Both the position numbers and the translations under genes were made by a program. The notes beneath the pieces are model-generated. The model was not told the origin of the DNA. It searched no databases and saw nothing but the letters and a program-made list of their open reading frames with translations. From an uncultured Actinomycetes bacterium (GTDB taxonomy: Bacteria; Actinomycetota; Coriobacteriia; Anaerosomatales; PHET01): DNA of 64,000 nucleotides. This document shows, in pieces, positions 43,957 through 53,835 of this stretch. How positions within the stretch are numbered: the stretch's first letter is position 1; every line of letters starts with the position of its first letter. The stretch covers positions 5,453-69,452 of the forward strand of contig CAVYQS010000014.1 in assembly GCA_963770765.1 (NCBI GenBank). The letters run 5' to 3'.

Positions 43957-45040
43957 CCTGACACTCGTGGTGAACTCCTTGGGCCACGGCGGAGGCGAGA
44001 AGCAGGCCGCCCTGATTGGGTCGGGCCTCGCCCAGCGTGGCTGGGATGTACAGGTTGTCTCCTTGCTTGCGCGCGATGACTACCTTGATCCGGTGTTGCG
44101 GCCTAGGACGGTCGTTGTTGGGAAGCGAGGCCGCATGGACCTCTCCCGAGTGATCCGCACCCTCAGGCGAGAGATCAGACCGGATGTTCCGGTCCTGTGT
44201 TTCAACTGGTACCCGCACTTTCTGACCGCGCATGCGCTGCCGGCTTCGGTCAGGATTGCTCGCTACGGCAATGCACCTTCCGACGACGGGGTGCTTGGTC
44301 TCCGTCGCTACTTTGCTCGTCAAGCCCAGCGGACCGCCACTGCAGTTGTCGGATGCAGTTATGGAGTGGTTCGCGAGGCCGTGCGCGAACTCGGGTCGCC
44401 GAGGTTGTTGTGCGCAGCGATTCCGAATGCGGCCTTGTTCAGGAGCTCGACGCTCGGTGCACCATCACCTTGGGCCAAGCCTTACCTTCTGTCTGCGGGG
44501 CGGCTTCACCCGCAGAAGGACCACACCACGCTGTTGGCCGCGTTCAAGCTCGCGGCACCCGCTGTGCCCCACGACTTGGTGATTGCTGGTGACGGTCCGG
44601 ACGAGCCCGAAGTGCGGCGGCTCGTGGAAGGCGATGAGGTCTTGCGGAATAGAGTCCACTTTGTTGGCTATCAGATCGACTTCGAGCCGTGGATGCGCAA
44701 CGCTGACCTGCTGGTCCACACATCGCGCTGGGAGGGGTTCGGCAACGTCATCATCGAGGCGATGAGCGTGGGAACACCGGTGGTGGTGACCGACGCCCCA
44801 TGGGGTCCGCGAGACATCCTGGAGAGGGTTCCTGCGGGACGGCTTGTGCCGGTGGGGGACCCTGAGGCGATTTCATCGGCTGTATTGGAGCTGCTCGGCA
44901 ACGAGCAGGAACGCGTGCGACTCGGCGAGATCGGGCGCGAAGGCGTATCGAGGCACTTCTCTCACGCGGCGGCATTGGATGCGTACGAACACCTCATCGG
45001 TGCGGTTGTGACCGGGTCTGGTGGCTGCGCGCATGGCTGA
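43937..45040 (+). CDS. Glycosyltransferase family 4 (GT-B fold)
   Basis: It has an N-terminal GGGEKQ motif and the C-terminal E-x7-E region (SRWEGFGNVIIEAMSVGTPVV). Confidence 0.8.
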   Translation: MMLHHSSLTLVVNSLGHGGGEKQAALIGSGLAQRGWDVQVVSLLARDDYLDPVLRPRTVVVGKRGRMDLSRVIRTLRREIRPDVPVLCFNWYPHFLTAHALPASVRIARYGNAPSDDGVLGLRRYFARQAQRTATAVVGCSYGVVREAVRELGSPRLLCAAIPNAALFRSSTLGAPSPWAKPYLLSAGRLHPQKDHTTLLAAFKLAAPAVPHDLVIAGDGPDEPEVRRLVEGDEVLRNRVHFVGYQIDFEPWMRNADLLVHTSRWEGFGNVIIEAMSVGTPVVVTDAPWGPRDILERVPAGRLVPVGDPEAISSAVLELLGNEQERVRLGEIGREGVSRHFSHAAALDAYEHLIGAVVTGSGGCAHG

Positions 45041-46127
45041 GAGACACACGATCATCCATGTGACTCCGTCGCTTGCCGACAAGGGGGGGATCGCGTCCGT
45101 CGTCAGCACGTATTCGGAGTCAACCCTGGCTAGTCGGTATCGGCTCGTGGTGTGCGAGACCGTGCGGGGCTCGGGAATCGGGCGTGTAGCTCGTGGCGGT
45201 ATCGGTGTTCTGCGCGCCGCCGCGAGGGTCCTGGGTACTCGGGGATGCCTGGTTCACGTTCATATGTCGTCGGGAGGCAGCTTCTGGCGCAAGACAGTCG
45301 TGCTGTGGGTCGCGCGGCTGGCGGGCCGACGATCCATCCTCCACCTGCACGGGTCGAGGTTTCACGCGTGGGCCGAGGGGGGGAGCCGCCTGCGAGCGAT
45401 GGCTGTACGGCGCGTCTTCGGCTGGCCCGATGCAGTGATCGTGCTGTCCGAGTCTTGGCGCGACCGGGTGTGCGGATTTTCCGGCAGATGCGACGGAATG
45501 GTCGTCCCCAACCCCGTCATCGTTCCCAAGGAACCCTCTCAGGCTGTAGGGACGAGAAGCGTAGTGTTTCTCGGCCGGCTCGGCGAGCGTAAGGGCGTTT
45601 ACGAGCTGGTCGGAGCTATTGGACGGCTGAGGGAACAGGGTGTCGTTGCCAAATGGACGATAGCCGGTGATGGCGAGGTGGAGCACGTTCGTCAGCTCGT
45701 GGAGTCGCGCGGGCTCTCCGAAACGATCGCCGTCCCTGGGTGGGTAGGCCGACAAGAGGTGGCCGAGCTCCTGCGCACCCACGGAGTGTTCTGTCTGCCA
45801 TCGAAGGACGAAGGGCTTCCGATAGCGCTTCTCGAGTCGATGGCAAGCGGGCTGGCGTGTGTGGTCACGCCCGTGGGCGGAATCCCCGAACTTGTGGAGG
45901 ACGGCGTCAACGGGTTGTTGGTCCTGCCCGGAGATGTGTCTCAGCTAGCCCATGTGCTCGGTCGCGTGCTTGAGGACGGCGCGATGGCGGCGCGGCTGGG
46001 CGCGCAGGCGCGCAGTGACGTGCGTTCGCGGTACGCTGTTGACCGAGTGGTGGAGGTTCTCAGTGAGCTATACGGACAACTCGAGTGCGTCGCGGCGCCG
46101 GTGGCCCGCGACAGTGAGGAGCGCTGA
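45021..46127 (+). CDS. Glycosyltransferase family 4 (GT-B fold)
   Basis: It has the motifs GGIASVV, LGERKGV and SKDEGLPIALLESMASGLACV. Confidence 0.8.
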   Translation: MAARMAERHTIIHVTPSLADKGGIASVVSTYSESTLASRYRLVVCETVRGSGIGRVARGGIGVLRAAARVLGTRGCLVHVHMSSGGSFWRKTVVLWVARLAGRRSILHLHGSRFHAWAEGGSRLRAMAVRRVFGWPDAVIVLSESWRDRVCGFSGRCDGMVVPNPVIVPKEPSQAVGTRSVVFLGRLGERKGVYELVGAIGRLREQGVVAKWTIAGDGEVEHVRQLVESRGLSETIAVPGWVGRQEVAELLRTHGVFCLPSKDEGLPIALLESMASGLACVVTPVGGIPELVEDGVNGLLVLPGDVSQLAHVLGRVLEDGAMAARLGAQARSDVRSRYAVDRVVEVLSELYGQLECVAAPVARDSEER

Positions 46128-46131
46128 GGGA

Positions 46132-46605
46132 ATGAGTGGGCTGTTCTTCTACCGCATCGGAAACTGGGCGCTTCGACACCGTGTGCCGCTCGTGCCGCTT
46201 CTCATGAAGGCAGCTTCGCGCATCGTCTTCGGATCGCATCTTCCGAGCGCCGCGACGATTGGCCGCAGCTCTATGCTCGGCTATGGCGGGCTGGGAACTG
46301 TCATCCATGACAGAGCGGTCATCGGAGAGAACGTCATGGTAGGTCCGCACGTGACGGTTGGCGGCAGGTCTCGCAAGGAAGGCGTCCCTGTCGTTGCTGA
46401 CGACGTCTTCATCGGAACCGGGGCGTGCATCATCGGGGACGTTCGCGTTGGCCGGGGCGCAGTCATCGGCGCGAATACCGTTGTAATCGAGGACGTCCCG
46501 GAGTGTACAGTGGTCGCAGGTGTGCCCGCGCGGGTCATCCGAACCGATGTCGATTCATCCGATTACGGCGATCTGCCCAACCAACTTAGAGCGAGGAGCA
46601 GGTGA
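46132..46605 (+). CDS. Hexapeptide-repeat (LbH) O-acetyltransferase, serine-acetyltransferase-like
   Basis: It has left-handed beta-helix repeats (IGENVMVGPHVTVGG...VFIGTGACIIGDVRVGRGAVIGANTVV). ATG 46132 is preferred over the upstream extension. Confidence 0.75.
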   Translation: MSGLFFYRIGNWALRHRVPLVPLLMKAASRIVFGSHLPSAATIGRSSMLGYGGLGTVIHDRAVIGENVMVGPHVTVGGRSRKEGVPVVADDVFIGTGACIIGDVRVGRGAVIGANTVVIEDVPECTVVAGVPARVIRTDVDSSDYGDLPNQLRARSR

Positions 46606-47164
46606 TGGTCGGGGTCGGAGGAGTGCGCTGCCTTCTCGATCGGCTGAGGCTGCGCTACAACGATTACGCGATCGCTGAGCACTCGCGGGGACAGGGAGCC
46701 CTGGTCGGGGATAGGACCCGGATCCTGATACGCAACTTCGGCACGGTGCCTATCTTGGGTCGACTGCGGCGCACGCGTTCGTCTCGAGCGATGTGGCGTT
46801 CTCCGCGGACGACGGTGTCGCATGGACCCTCCGCGTCGACGAACCCAACCCTACCCGTTTCAAGCGCATCACGGTTTGCCGTCAGTGCCTTATGGGTGTG
46901 CGTCAACGTCTACCCGGGGTGCAAATGTGGGAGACGGGAGCGTGATCGGTGCGGGTTCGGTCGTCAGCAGCGGTACCGACCGAAGTGGTCGCCTCGAACG
47001 TTCTGGCGCGCGTGGTGTGCGCTGTTGGGGAGTTTGCCGTGCGGGTGAGACATGAACCACTTTCCGCATCGCCGGGCCTGTTCCCGCTGGACCGGCGTGA
47101 CGGCAAGAAGCTCGAGGGCGAGCTTCGCGACCTGCTATACATTGAGTCCGAGGGCGAGCGGTGA
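46602..47164 (+). pseudogene. Second LbH acetyltransferase, broken by at least four frame shifts
   Basis: LbH-like pieces lie in alternating frames. They are RLRYNDYAIAEHSRGQGALVGDRTRILIRNFG (frame 0), VAFSADDGVAW...RFKRITV (frame 2), VNVYPG (frame 0), ANVGDGSVIGAGSVVSSG (frame 1) and PTEVVASNVLARVV (frame 2). Confidence 0.55.
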
Positions 47165-48309
47165 GTCCGTCCGCCGAGTCCATGTCGGGATTCGACCCAT
47201 TCGACGCGTTGCGCGGTGATCGCGTACCAGCGTTCGTCAAGCGAAATCAACAGGCACGCCAGGTCGTCATCCAATTGCGGAAACGCGCGCGCAAGGATCT
47301 TGGTGCTCTGTTGGGGGTCCAGCCCTTTCTCATGGCCAAGACGGTGGGCGCCTTCTTGGCCGCCGAGGCCAGGAGTGTTGCGGCGGGTCGCGCCGAGGCG
47401 GATCCTTCCTCCGTTGCCGAAATCCTGCTGGGCGATCCGACCATTGCTCGAGGCCGCAGCGGGGAGTGGGGCTACGAGTTCGACGTCCAGACACGCTGGG
47501 CCTACTATCCGGCGCACTCGGCCAACATGATCGCGACCGTGTTCGTGGCGCGTGGGCTTCTCGAGGCGGGACTCGTCTGTGGGGAGCAGCGTTGGAGGGA
47601 TGCACACGACCGCGCTGCTCGCTACATCGACACCGCTCTTCGGGCAGCAGACGGCTCGCTGCACTACACGCCCGACAGCTCGACGCTGGTTCACAACGCG
47701 AACCTCATCGGTGCGGGCACTCTGGCCGTGGCCGGTGTACTCGGAGGAGACGACTCCCTGACCGATCACGGACTGCAGGCGGCGGTGGTCAGCATCCACG
47801 CTCAGCGGGAGGACGGTTCGTGGCCCTACGGCGACGAGCCCGGGCTCGCCTGGTGCGACAACTTCCACACCGCGTACAACCTCGACGGTCTGCTCTCGGT
47901 GTGGCTTTGCAGCGGCGATCATCGAGTCGAGTCGGCGCTTGCGGCGGGGTGTGAGCAGTGGACCACGCAGTTCTTCTCGGCGGAGGGAGCCCCTGCGTAC
48001 TTCGCGGGTGGGGGAGCCCCCTACGATGTGCACTGCGCGGGCACCGCGATCGACGTGGCGGCCCGGCTCTCGATGCACGGTTTCGACACCTTGCCGCTGG
48101 CCCGCTCCGTGGCAGCGTGGACACGAGCCAACCTGATCGCGCCCGATGGGACGACGTACTACCGGCGGACGCGCACCGGTGTTGACCGGCGGCACTTCGT
48201 CCGCTGGGGGGATGCGCACGTCGAGATGGGGATGGCGTCTCTCGCGCTGGCGGAGCACGGTGTCTCAGCGCCCATCGACGCCGCGCTCGTGCAACGAGGG
48301 TCCCGATGA
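47161..48309 (+). CDS. Uncharacterised 382-aa cytoplasmic protein of the polysaccharide locus
   Basis: The ORF is intact and tightly packed, with 4-nt overlaps on both sides. Motifs such as EDGSWPYGDEPGLAWCDNFHTAYNLDGL suggest an alpha/alpha-toroid-like repeat fold, but I cannot assign a family. Confidence 0.5.
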   Translation: MSPSAESMSGFDPFDALRGDRVPAFVKRNQQARQVVIQLRKRARKDLGALLGVQPFLMAKTVGAFLAAEARSVAAGRAEADPSSVAEILLGDPTIARGRSGEWGYEFDVQTRWAYYPAHSANMIATVFVARGLLEAGLVCGEQRWRDAHDRAARYIDTALRAADGSLHYTPDSSTLVHNANLIGAGTLAVAGVLGGDDSLTDHGLQAAVVSIHAQREDGSWPYGDEPGLAWCDNFHTAYNLDGLLSVWLCSGDHRVESALAAGCEQWTTQFFSAEGAPAYFAGGGAPYDVHCAGTAIDVAARLSMHGFDTLPLARSVAAWTRANLIAPDGTTYYRRTRTGVDRRHFVRWGDAHVEMGMASLALAEHGVSAPIDAALVQRGSR

Positions 48310-49043
48310 CACGGCATCGCATCTTCGGCGTGTGGCTCGATGCGCTGACCATGGAGCAGACGATCGAGCGCTGCACCGAACTGGTGGAGCTGAGACGGCC
48401 GGTGCAACACGTGGTGCTCAATGCATCGAAGGTCGTCCTGATGAAGGACGTCCCGGGCCTGACGGAGATCATCGAGAACTGCGACCTCGTGAACGCAGAC
48501 GGTCAGTCGGTGGTGTGGGCGGGCCGCATCCTCGGGGTCCCTGTTCCCGAGCGGGTCGCGGGAATCGATCTGATGGAGCGTCTGCTCCAACGCTCCGAGG
48601 AACGTGGCTGGCCCGTCTACTTCTTGGGCGCCGAGGACGAGATCCTTGCGCGCTTTCGCGAGGTGGTGTCGGAGCGCTTTCCACGCATCGTGGTGGCAGG
48701 GGCTCGCAACGGCTACTTCACCGACGACAGTGCGGTCGCCGATGACGTGCGAGCCGCCGAGCCGCGGATCCTGTTCGTCGCCATCTCGTCGCCGCGCAAA
48801 GAGCAGTTCCTCGCGGAGCAGCTACCACGGATGGGCCCGGTCTTCGCCATGGGCGTAGGAGGCAGCTTCGACGTGTGGGCCGGGAAGGCGCAGCGCGCGC
48901 CGCGCTGGATGCAGCGCCTGGGGCTCGAGTGGTTCCACCGATTCGCGCAGGAGCCCCGACGAATGTGGCGACGCTATCTGGTAGGGAATGCCCGATTCGT
49001 GGCGATCACTCTGGCGGAACGCTTCAAGCGTGCGGAGGGCTGA
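48306..49043 (+). CDS. WecB/TagA/CpsF-family glycosyltransferase (GT26)
   Basis: It has the motifs NADGQSVVWA, YFLGA, FVAISSPRKEQF and GVGGSFDVWAG. Confidence 0.85.
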   Translation: MTRHRIFGVWLDALTMEQTIERCTELVELRRPVQHVVLNASKVVLMKDVPGLTEIIENCDLVNADGQSVVWAGRILGVPVPERVAGIDLMERLLQRSEERGWPVYFLGAEDEILARFREVVSERFPRIVVAGARNGYFTDDSAVADDVRAAEPRILFVAISSPRKEQFLAEQLPRMGPVFAMGVGGSFDVWAGKAQRAPRWMQRLGLEWFHRFAQEPRRMWRRYLVGNARFVAITLAERFKRAEG

Positions 49044-49126
49044 GCTCCCCGCAGCGGCAACGAGGATGCGAAGGCGCCCCCCACACGACCGGTGGAGGAC
49101 GCCTCGTGCAACCAAGGCGGAGGCGG

Positions 49127-50730
49127 TTACTGCAGAACGCCCTGGATGTCCACCGCATCCATTCCGATGCCGGTGCCGCTCGACGCTGCGTTCTTCGTGC
49201 CTGTCCACTCGATCCTCAGGGTGTGCACGCCGTCGGGGAGCTTCCCTGAGCTCCAGCCAAGGGCGTTGTGGATGTATCCGGGCGAGTAGAGGTCCATCGA
49301 GTAGGGCGCCCCATCGAGGATCACGCGAGCAACCCCGTAGTTCGGCGCGAGGGATGCGCGCAGCTCGACACGGGTGCCTGAGAACGTGAACTCGGTAGCA
49401 GAATCACTGCTGTTCGAGTACAGCCAACTGCCCGCCGAACGCTTGGCTGCCACGCTCGTCACCCAGGTGCCGGTCTTCAGGATCGAAGGCTCGGTCTCCT
49501 CGTAGCGAACGATCGGGTATCCCGGCAGCACCGCCTGCGACAGGGTTCCGATGACATCCACGGCATCCAGTCCGATACCGGTACCCGACGAGGCGCTGTG
49601 CTTCGACCCGGTCCACTCGATCGACATGGTGTGCGGCCCGTCGGCCAGTCCGGTGATGGAGAGCACCTTACGATTGTGGATGTATCCCGACGTGTAGAAG
49701 TCCGCCCAGTACTGGGTGGTTCCGTCGATCGTCACCAGGGCCTTGCCGTAGTTCGGTGCCGTCGATCCCACTATGTCGACGCGCGACCCCGTGAAGGCGA
49801 TATGGGCGGCGCTGCCAGCGGCGTTGGTGTACTTCCACTTTCCTGCAGAACGGGTGGCGTGGGATGCGGAGTTCCACGTCCCGTCCCACACGATCCTGGA
49901 ATCGGTCTCTTCGTGCCGGGTGAGGGCAGGACCTGCGGGTGCCGCTTGCCTGATGCCTCCGACCACGTCAACCGCGTCGAAGCCGATTCCGGTGCCTGTC
50001 GAGCTGGCATGCTTCGTCCCGGTCCACGTCAGCGTCAGTGTGTGTGGCCCATATTCAAGACCACGTGCCGAGAACAGAAGATGGTTATGGATGTAGCCGG
50101 TCGTGTAGAAGTCCACCGTCTGCACCGGCACACCGTCGATCTTGAGCTGAGCCTTGCCGTAGTTGGGTGCTGTCGAGCCGTAGAAGTCCACGCCCGTGCC
50201 GGTGAAGGCCACGTTGACCTCGCTGTCCGGGGAGTTGGTATAGACCCAGGCGCCTGCGGAGCGCTTCGTGTTCTCGCTCGACACCCAGCTTCCGTACCAT
50301 GTCATGAAGGCGCTGGTCTCCTCGTAGCGGATGAGAGGCTCCTGGAGCGACGCGTTCATGTCGAGGGCGTCAAGACCGATGCCTGTACCCGTTGAAGCTG
50401 CGTTCTTCGTGCCCGTCCACTCGACCGTCAGCGTGTGCGGCCCTTCGTGCCAGCCCGGCTATCGACCCGAGCTTGCGGTTGTGCGTGTAGCCGCTGGTGT
50501 ACATGTCGACCGTCTGCATCGGCGTGCCGTCCACCGAGAGCAGCGCCTTGCCGTAGTTCGGTGCGGTGCCGCCGTAGAAGTCGATGCTGGTGCCGTTGAA
50601 CTTCACGACCGCCTTGGCGCCCGCGGAGTTCGCATACGCCCAGCTGCCACCCGACCTGGAGACGTTGGATGCCTTGGACCAGGCGCCTTCGTAGGCGACA
50701 CGGGGGTCATCGTCTTCATACCGCGCGATC
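49127..50730 (-). repeat. Four tandem coding repeats (period ~395-415 bp) at the 3' end of the giant gene
   Basis: The conserved block encoding SSGTGIG-DAVD-V recurs at about 49,147, 49,561, 49,973 and 50,367, with a fifth diverged copy near 51,760. Each unit encodes RYEE....W.G.W......RSAG.W.Y.N...S.....F.G..V...GS.APNYG.A...IDG.....D.Y..GYIHN.......GL..GPHT....WTG.K...S.GTGIG.DAVDV. Confidence 0.85.
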
Positions 50731-53638
50731 ACCGAGAATGTGGTCGACTTGAACTCCTCGACGTTTCCCACGGTGTCCACCGAGCGGTAGTCGAGCGTAT
50801 GTAGGCCACCGTCGGTCGATACGGCAGTGTCGCCGGTGATCCAGTCGCTGCCGTCGATACGGTACTGGGTGTGCGATACCCCCGAGTGAGGATCGCTCGC
50901 TGAGATGTCGATCGATGCGGTCCGGTAGAACGGTGCCGCTATGGTGACGCTGCTCTCGGGGGGAGTGTTGTCGACAAGAACCTGTGCGCTGTAGGTTTCA
51001 CCCGCGTTGCCGGCGCGGTCGACGGGTTGGTACTCAAGGACACGGATGCCTGAACCCGAGACCGATACCTGACCTGTGGTTGAGCCCTGCGCGACACCGT
51101 CGAGCCAGTAGTTGAAGGACGCTATGCCGGACAGCGCGTCCTCGCCGATCAGACTCACGACAGCAGAACCTGAGACCCACCGTTGAGAAACGTCGACTGA
51201 TGCGGTCGGCGGGGTGCGATCGATCTGCACGTACTCGGTCTTCACGAACTCCTCGTTGCTCAGCCCATCGACCGAGAAGTACTGCACGGTGGTGGTTCCT
51301 TCCTCGGTGACGAGGAAGGGCTCGCCCTCGTACGGCTGTGTGGGGAATGACCCATCTGTGGAGTACGACGTCTGGCTCACGCCGGTGAGATTGTCGGTAG
51401 CGATGAGGGAGACCGCCACGTCGTCGGCACTCCACCCGGGTGAGATGTTCGAAGTCGTGACCGGCAGCGTCTTGTCGATGTTGATGGTGATCGTGGTCGG
51501 GATCTCGACGTTGCCGGCAGCATCGACCGACCAGTACGTGATCGTATGGATGCCGTCGTCTTCGCACGAGAATGGGCTCGGTGTACTCAACCGAGGTTCC
51601 GTCGTTCACTCGGTAGTAGGTGTTCCTGACCCACGAGCCTTCGTCGACGGGTTCGAGTGTGACCTCCACCGGCTCGTTGGACCATTCCTGCTCTGCGATG
51701 ACCAAGGTGAAGGGCGGCTCTTCGTCAGGCAGAAGCTCCCCGGACAGGTCGAAGGCGTCAAGACCGATGGTCGTGCCGCTCGAGAGGGGATTGCGTTGCC
51801 CGGACCAGGCGATTCGGACGACGTGTTCCGCGCTTTCGAGCCCTGAGACGTTCAGAACGCCTTGCTTGTGAAGTGTCGACGGAGCGTAGAAGTCGGCAGA
51901 GAAGCGGCTCGCCGCCGTCGACCGTGACCGAGGCGATGCCGTAGGAGGGCCCTGTCGAGCCCAGCAGGTTGAATCCGGTGCCGACGAAGCGGAACTCGGC
52001 GAAGGATCCGGGAGTGTTCGTCGCGAGCCAGTAGTAGTTGTGACGGCTCGAGGAGTAGTACGACGTCCACGTGCCGTTGTAGTAGACACCGGCCTCACTC
52101 TGGTCGACGCGGGGCGTGAGCGTGTAGGTGACCTGATGGAAGTCCTCGACGTTGCCCGCAGCATCCACGGACCTGAAGCGCAGGGTGTGCGTGCCTCCAG
52201 TGCTGCTGGTGAAGACGTTGCCCACCTTCCACGAGCCACCATCGCGGCTGTACTCGGTCTTCGCGACACCGGACACGGTGTCGGTCGCGGTGAACGTCAC
52301 CACTGCGACTCCCGCGTAGGCTTCTTGAGCATCACTCGTGGTCACCGGATCGCCGTAGTCGAGCTTCACGTGTCTCGTCTTCACCGCTTCGAAGTTCTGC
52401 GCTTCGTCCACCGAGTAGAAGCGGACGGTTGTGTCGCCCTCGTCGGCGACGAGGAACGGGCCGGTGTACGGGGTCGTCGGGTACGAACCGTCTGTCGAGT
52501 ACCACGTGCCCAGGATCGCGTTGGCGTTGTCTACCGCTGTGAGGCTCACGAGGAGTGGCGCGTTGCGCCATCCTGACGGGATGTTGGACGCGGTGATCGG
52601 CGGCTCTCCGTCCTCACCGGCCATCACGAAGTTGAACCGGTAGAGCGCGTCGCTTGCGGGATCTGCGGCGTAGACATTGCCGAACGCGTCGATGTCGATG
52701 TCGGAGACCGACTGCAAGACGCCGGACGGATTCAGGCTGCCGAGCCACGCGCCGGTGTTCGAAAGGCGAACGATGCGGCTGTTGCCGCTATCGCCCACGT
52801 ACACCACGCCCCACGGATCGACTCCGATTCCGCGCGGCGCGTCGAACGTGCCGGTCTGTGTCGGGCTGCCTTCGGCATCGACCTCCTGCCATTGGTCGAT
52901 GGTCAGAAGCAGTTCTCCTTCGGGGCTGTACTTCTGGATCTTGTCCTGGTTGGGAATGGCGACCCAGATACTGCCTTCCGAATCCAGTGCGATACCGTCC
53001 GGCAGATCCTGACTTCCACCTTGGAGAGGGAACTCGCCGATGTATCCACCCCACAGGCTGAGGTGCTGGATCTTGTTGTGGAAGGTGTCTGCGATCCACA
53101 GCGTGTCATCGGGCCCGACGGCGATGCCCTTCGGCGCTGCGAACTGCGCGTCGCCGAAGTCGGATTCACCATAGGTGTAGACGAACTCGCCGGTAGCCGT
53201 GTCGAGCACACGGATACGGTTGTGCTCGGTGTCAGCGACCACGAGCATTCCGTCCGACGTGAGATCGATACCCGCCGAGCGCTGGAACTCCGAGTTGTCG
53301 GTGTGTCCGACTCTGAAGAACTCGACATCGTCGCCGGTCACGCCCACCACGTAGTTGGACGGGTCGTAAGGATAGCCCTCGAGAGGCCTGTTCAGATCCG
53401 AGTGGGTATAGAAGACGCTTCCGCCGGGCCCCAGCGCCAGAGCCTCCGGGAATGCCTCCGAACCCGCCGCATACGACCGTACGTAGCTGAGCGAGTCCTT
53501 TGTCGAGGGAGTGAACGCGGCCATGGCCGTCTGGGGGACGAGCACAGCGGCTGTCAGCCCAAGCATGCACCACGCGGTCGTAAGCCTCAGGTTGAGCGTT
53601 CGAATCCCAGACAACGAAGTCCCCTCCTTGGTAAGCAT
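49127..53638 (-). pseudogene. Giant (~1,503 aa) secreted multidomain protein: signal peptide, NHL beta-propeller, six OmpL47/Ig-like domains and five ~135-aa beta-sandwich-like modules; three frame breaks
   Basis: Four collinear minus-strand ORFs make up the gene (53638-51758, 52269-51034, 51590-50370, 50359-49127), joined near ~51,910, ~51,575 and ~50,455. The signal peptide is LGLTAAVLVPQTAMA|A. NHL repeats include GIAVGPDDTLWIADTFHNKIQ and PRGIGVDPWGVVYVGDSGNSRIV. Ig-like units follow the pattern W..APLLVSLTA.D...G...YS.DG....Y.....V..EG...V.Y.SVD.AGN.E. Confidence 0.85.
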
Positions 53639-53835
53639 GCACTACGTGACCGCACGCAGGCGCGTGCAGTCGTTCAATTCAGGTATCGTCCGAAGTCAGG
53701 CAGAACCTTAGAGTCGAATCGAGGGCTCACCACGCATCACGACCGTGCAGGCGGTAGGTGGATCGCAGCTCGTATATACTCACTGCAGTACGCGACGCGG
53801 TGGCCGCGGGGTGCACACAAGGGGAGCAGCACTCG

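Noticed and set aside
49127-50730. Regularly spaced ~400-bp DNA repeats that might suggest a CRISPR-like or satellite array.
   Set aside because: The period is far too long, there are no short conserved repeat/spacer units, and the repeats are in-frame protein modules of the giant surface protein.
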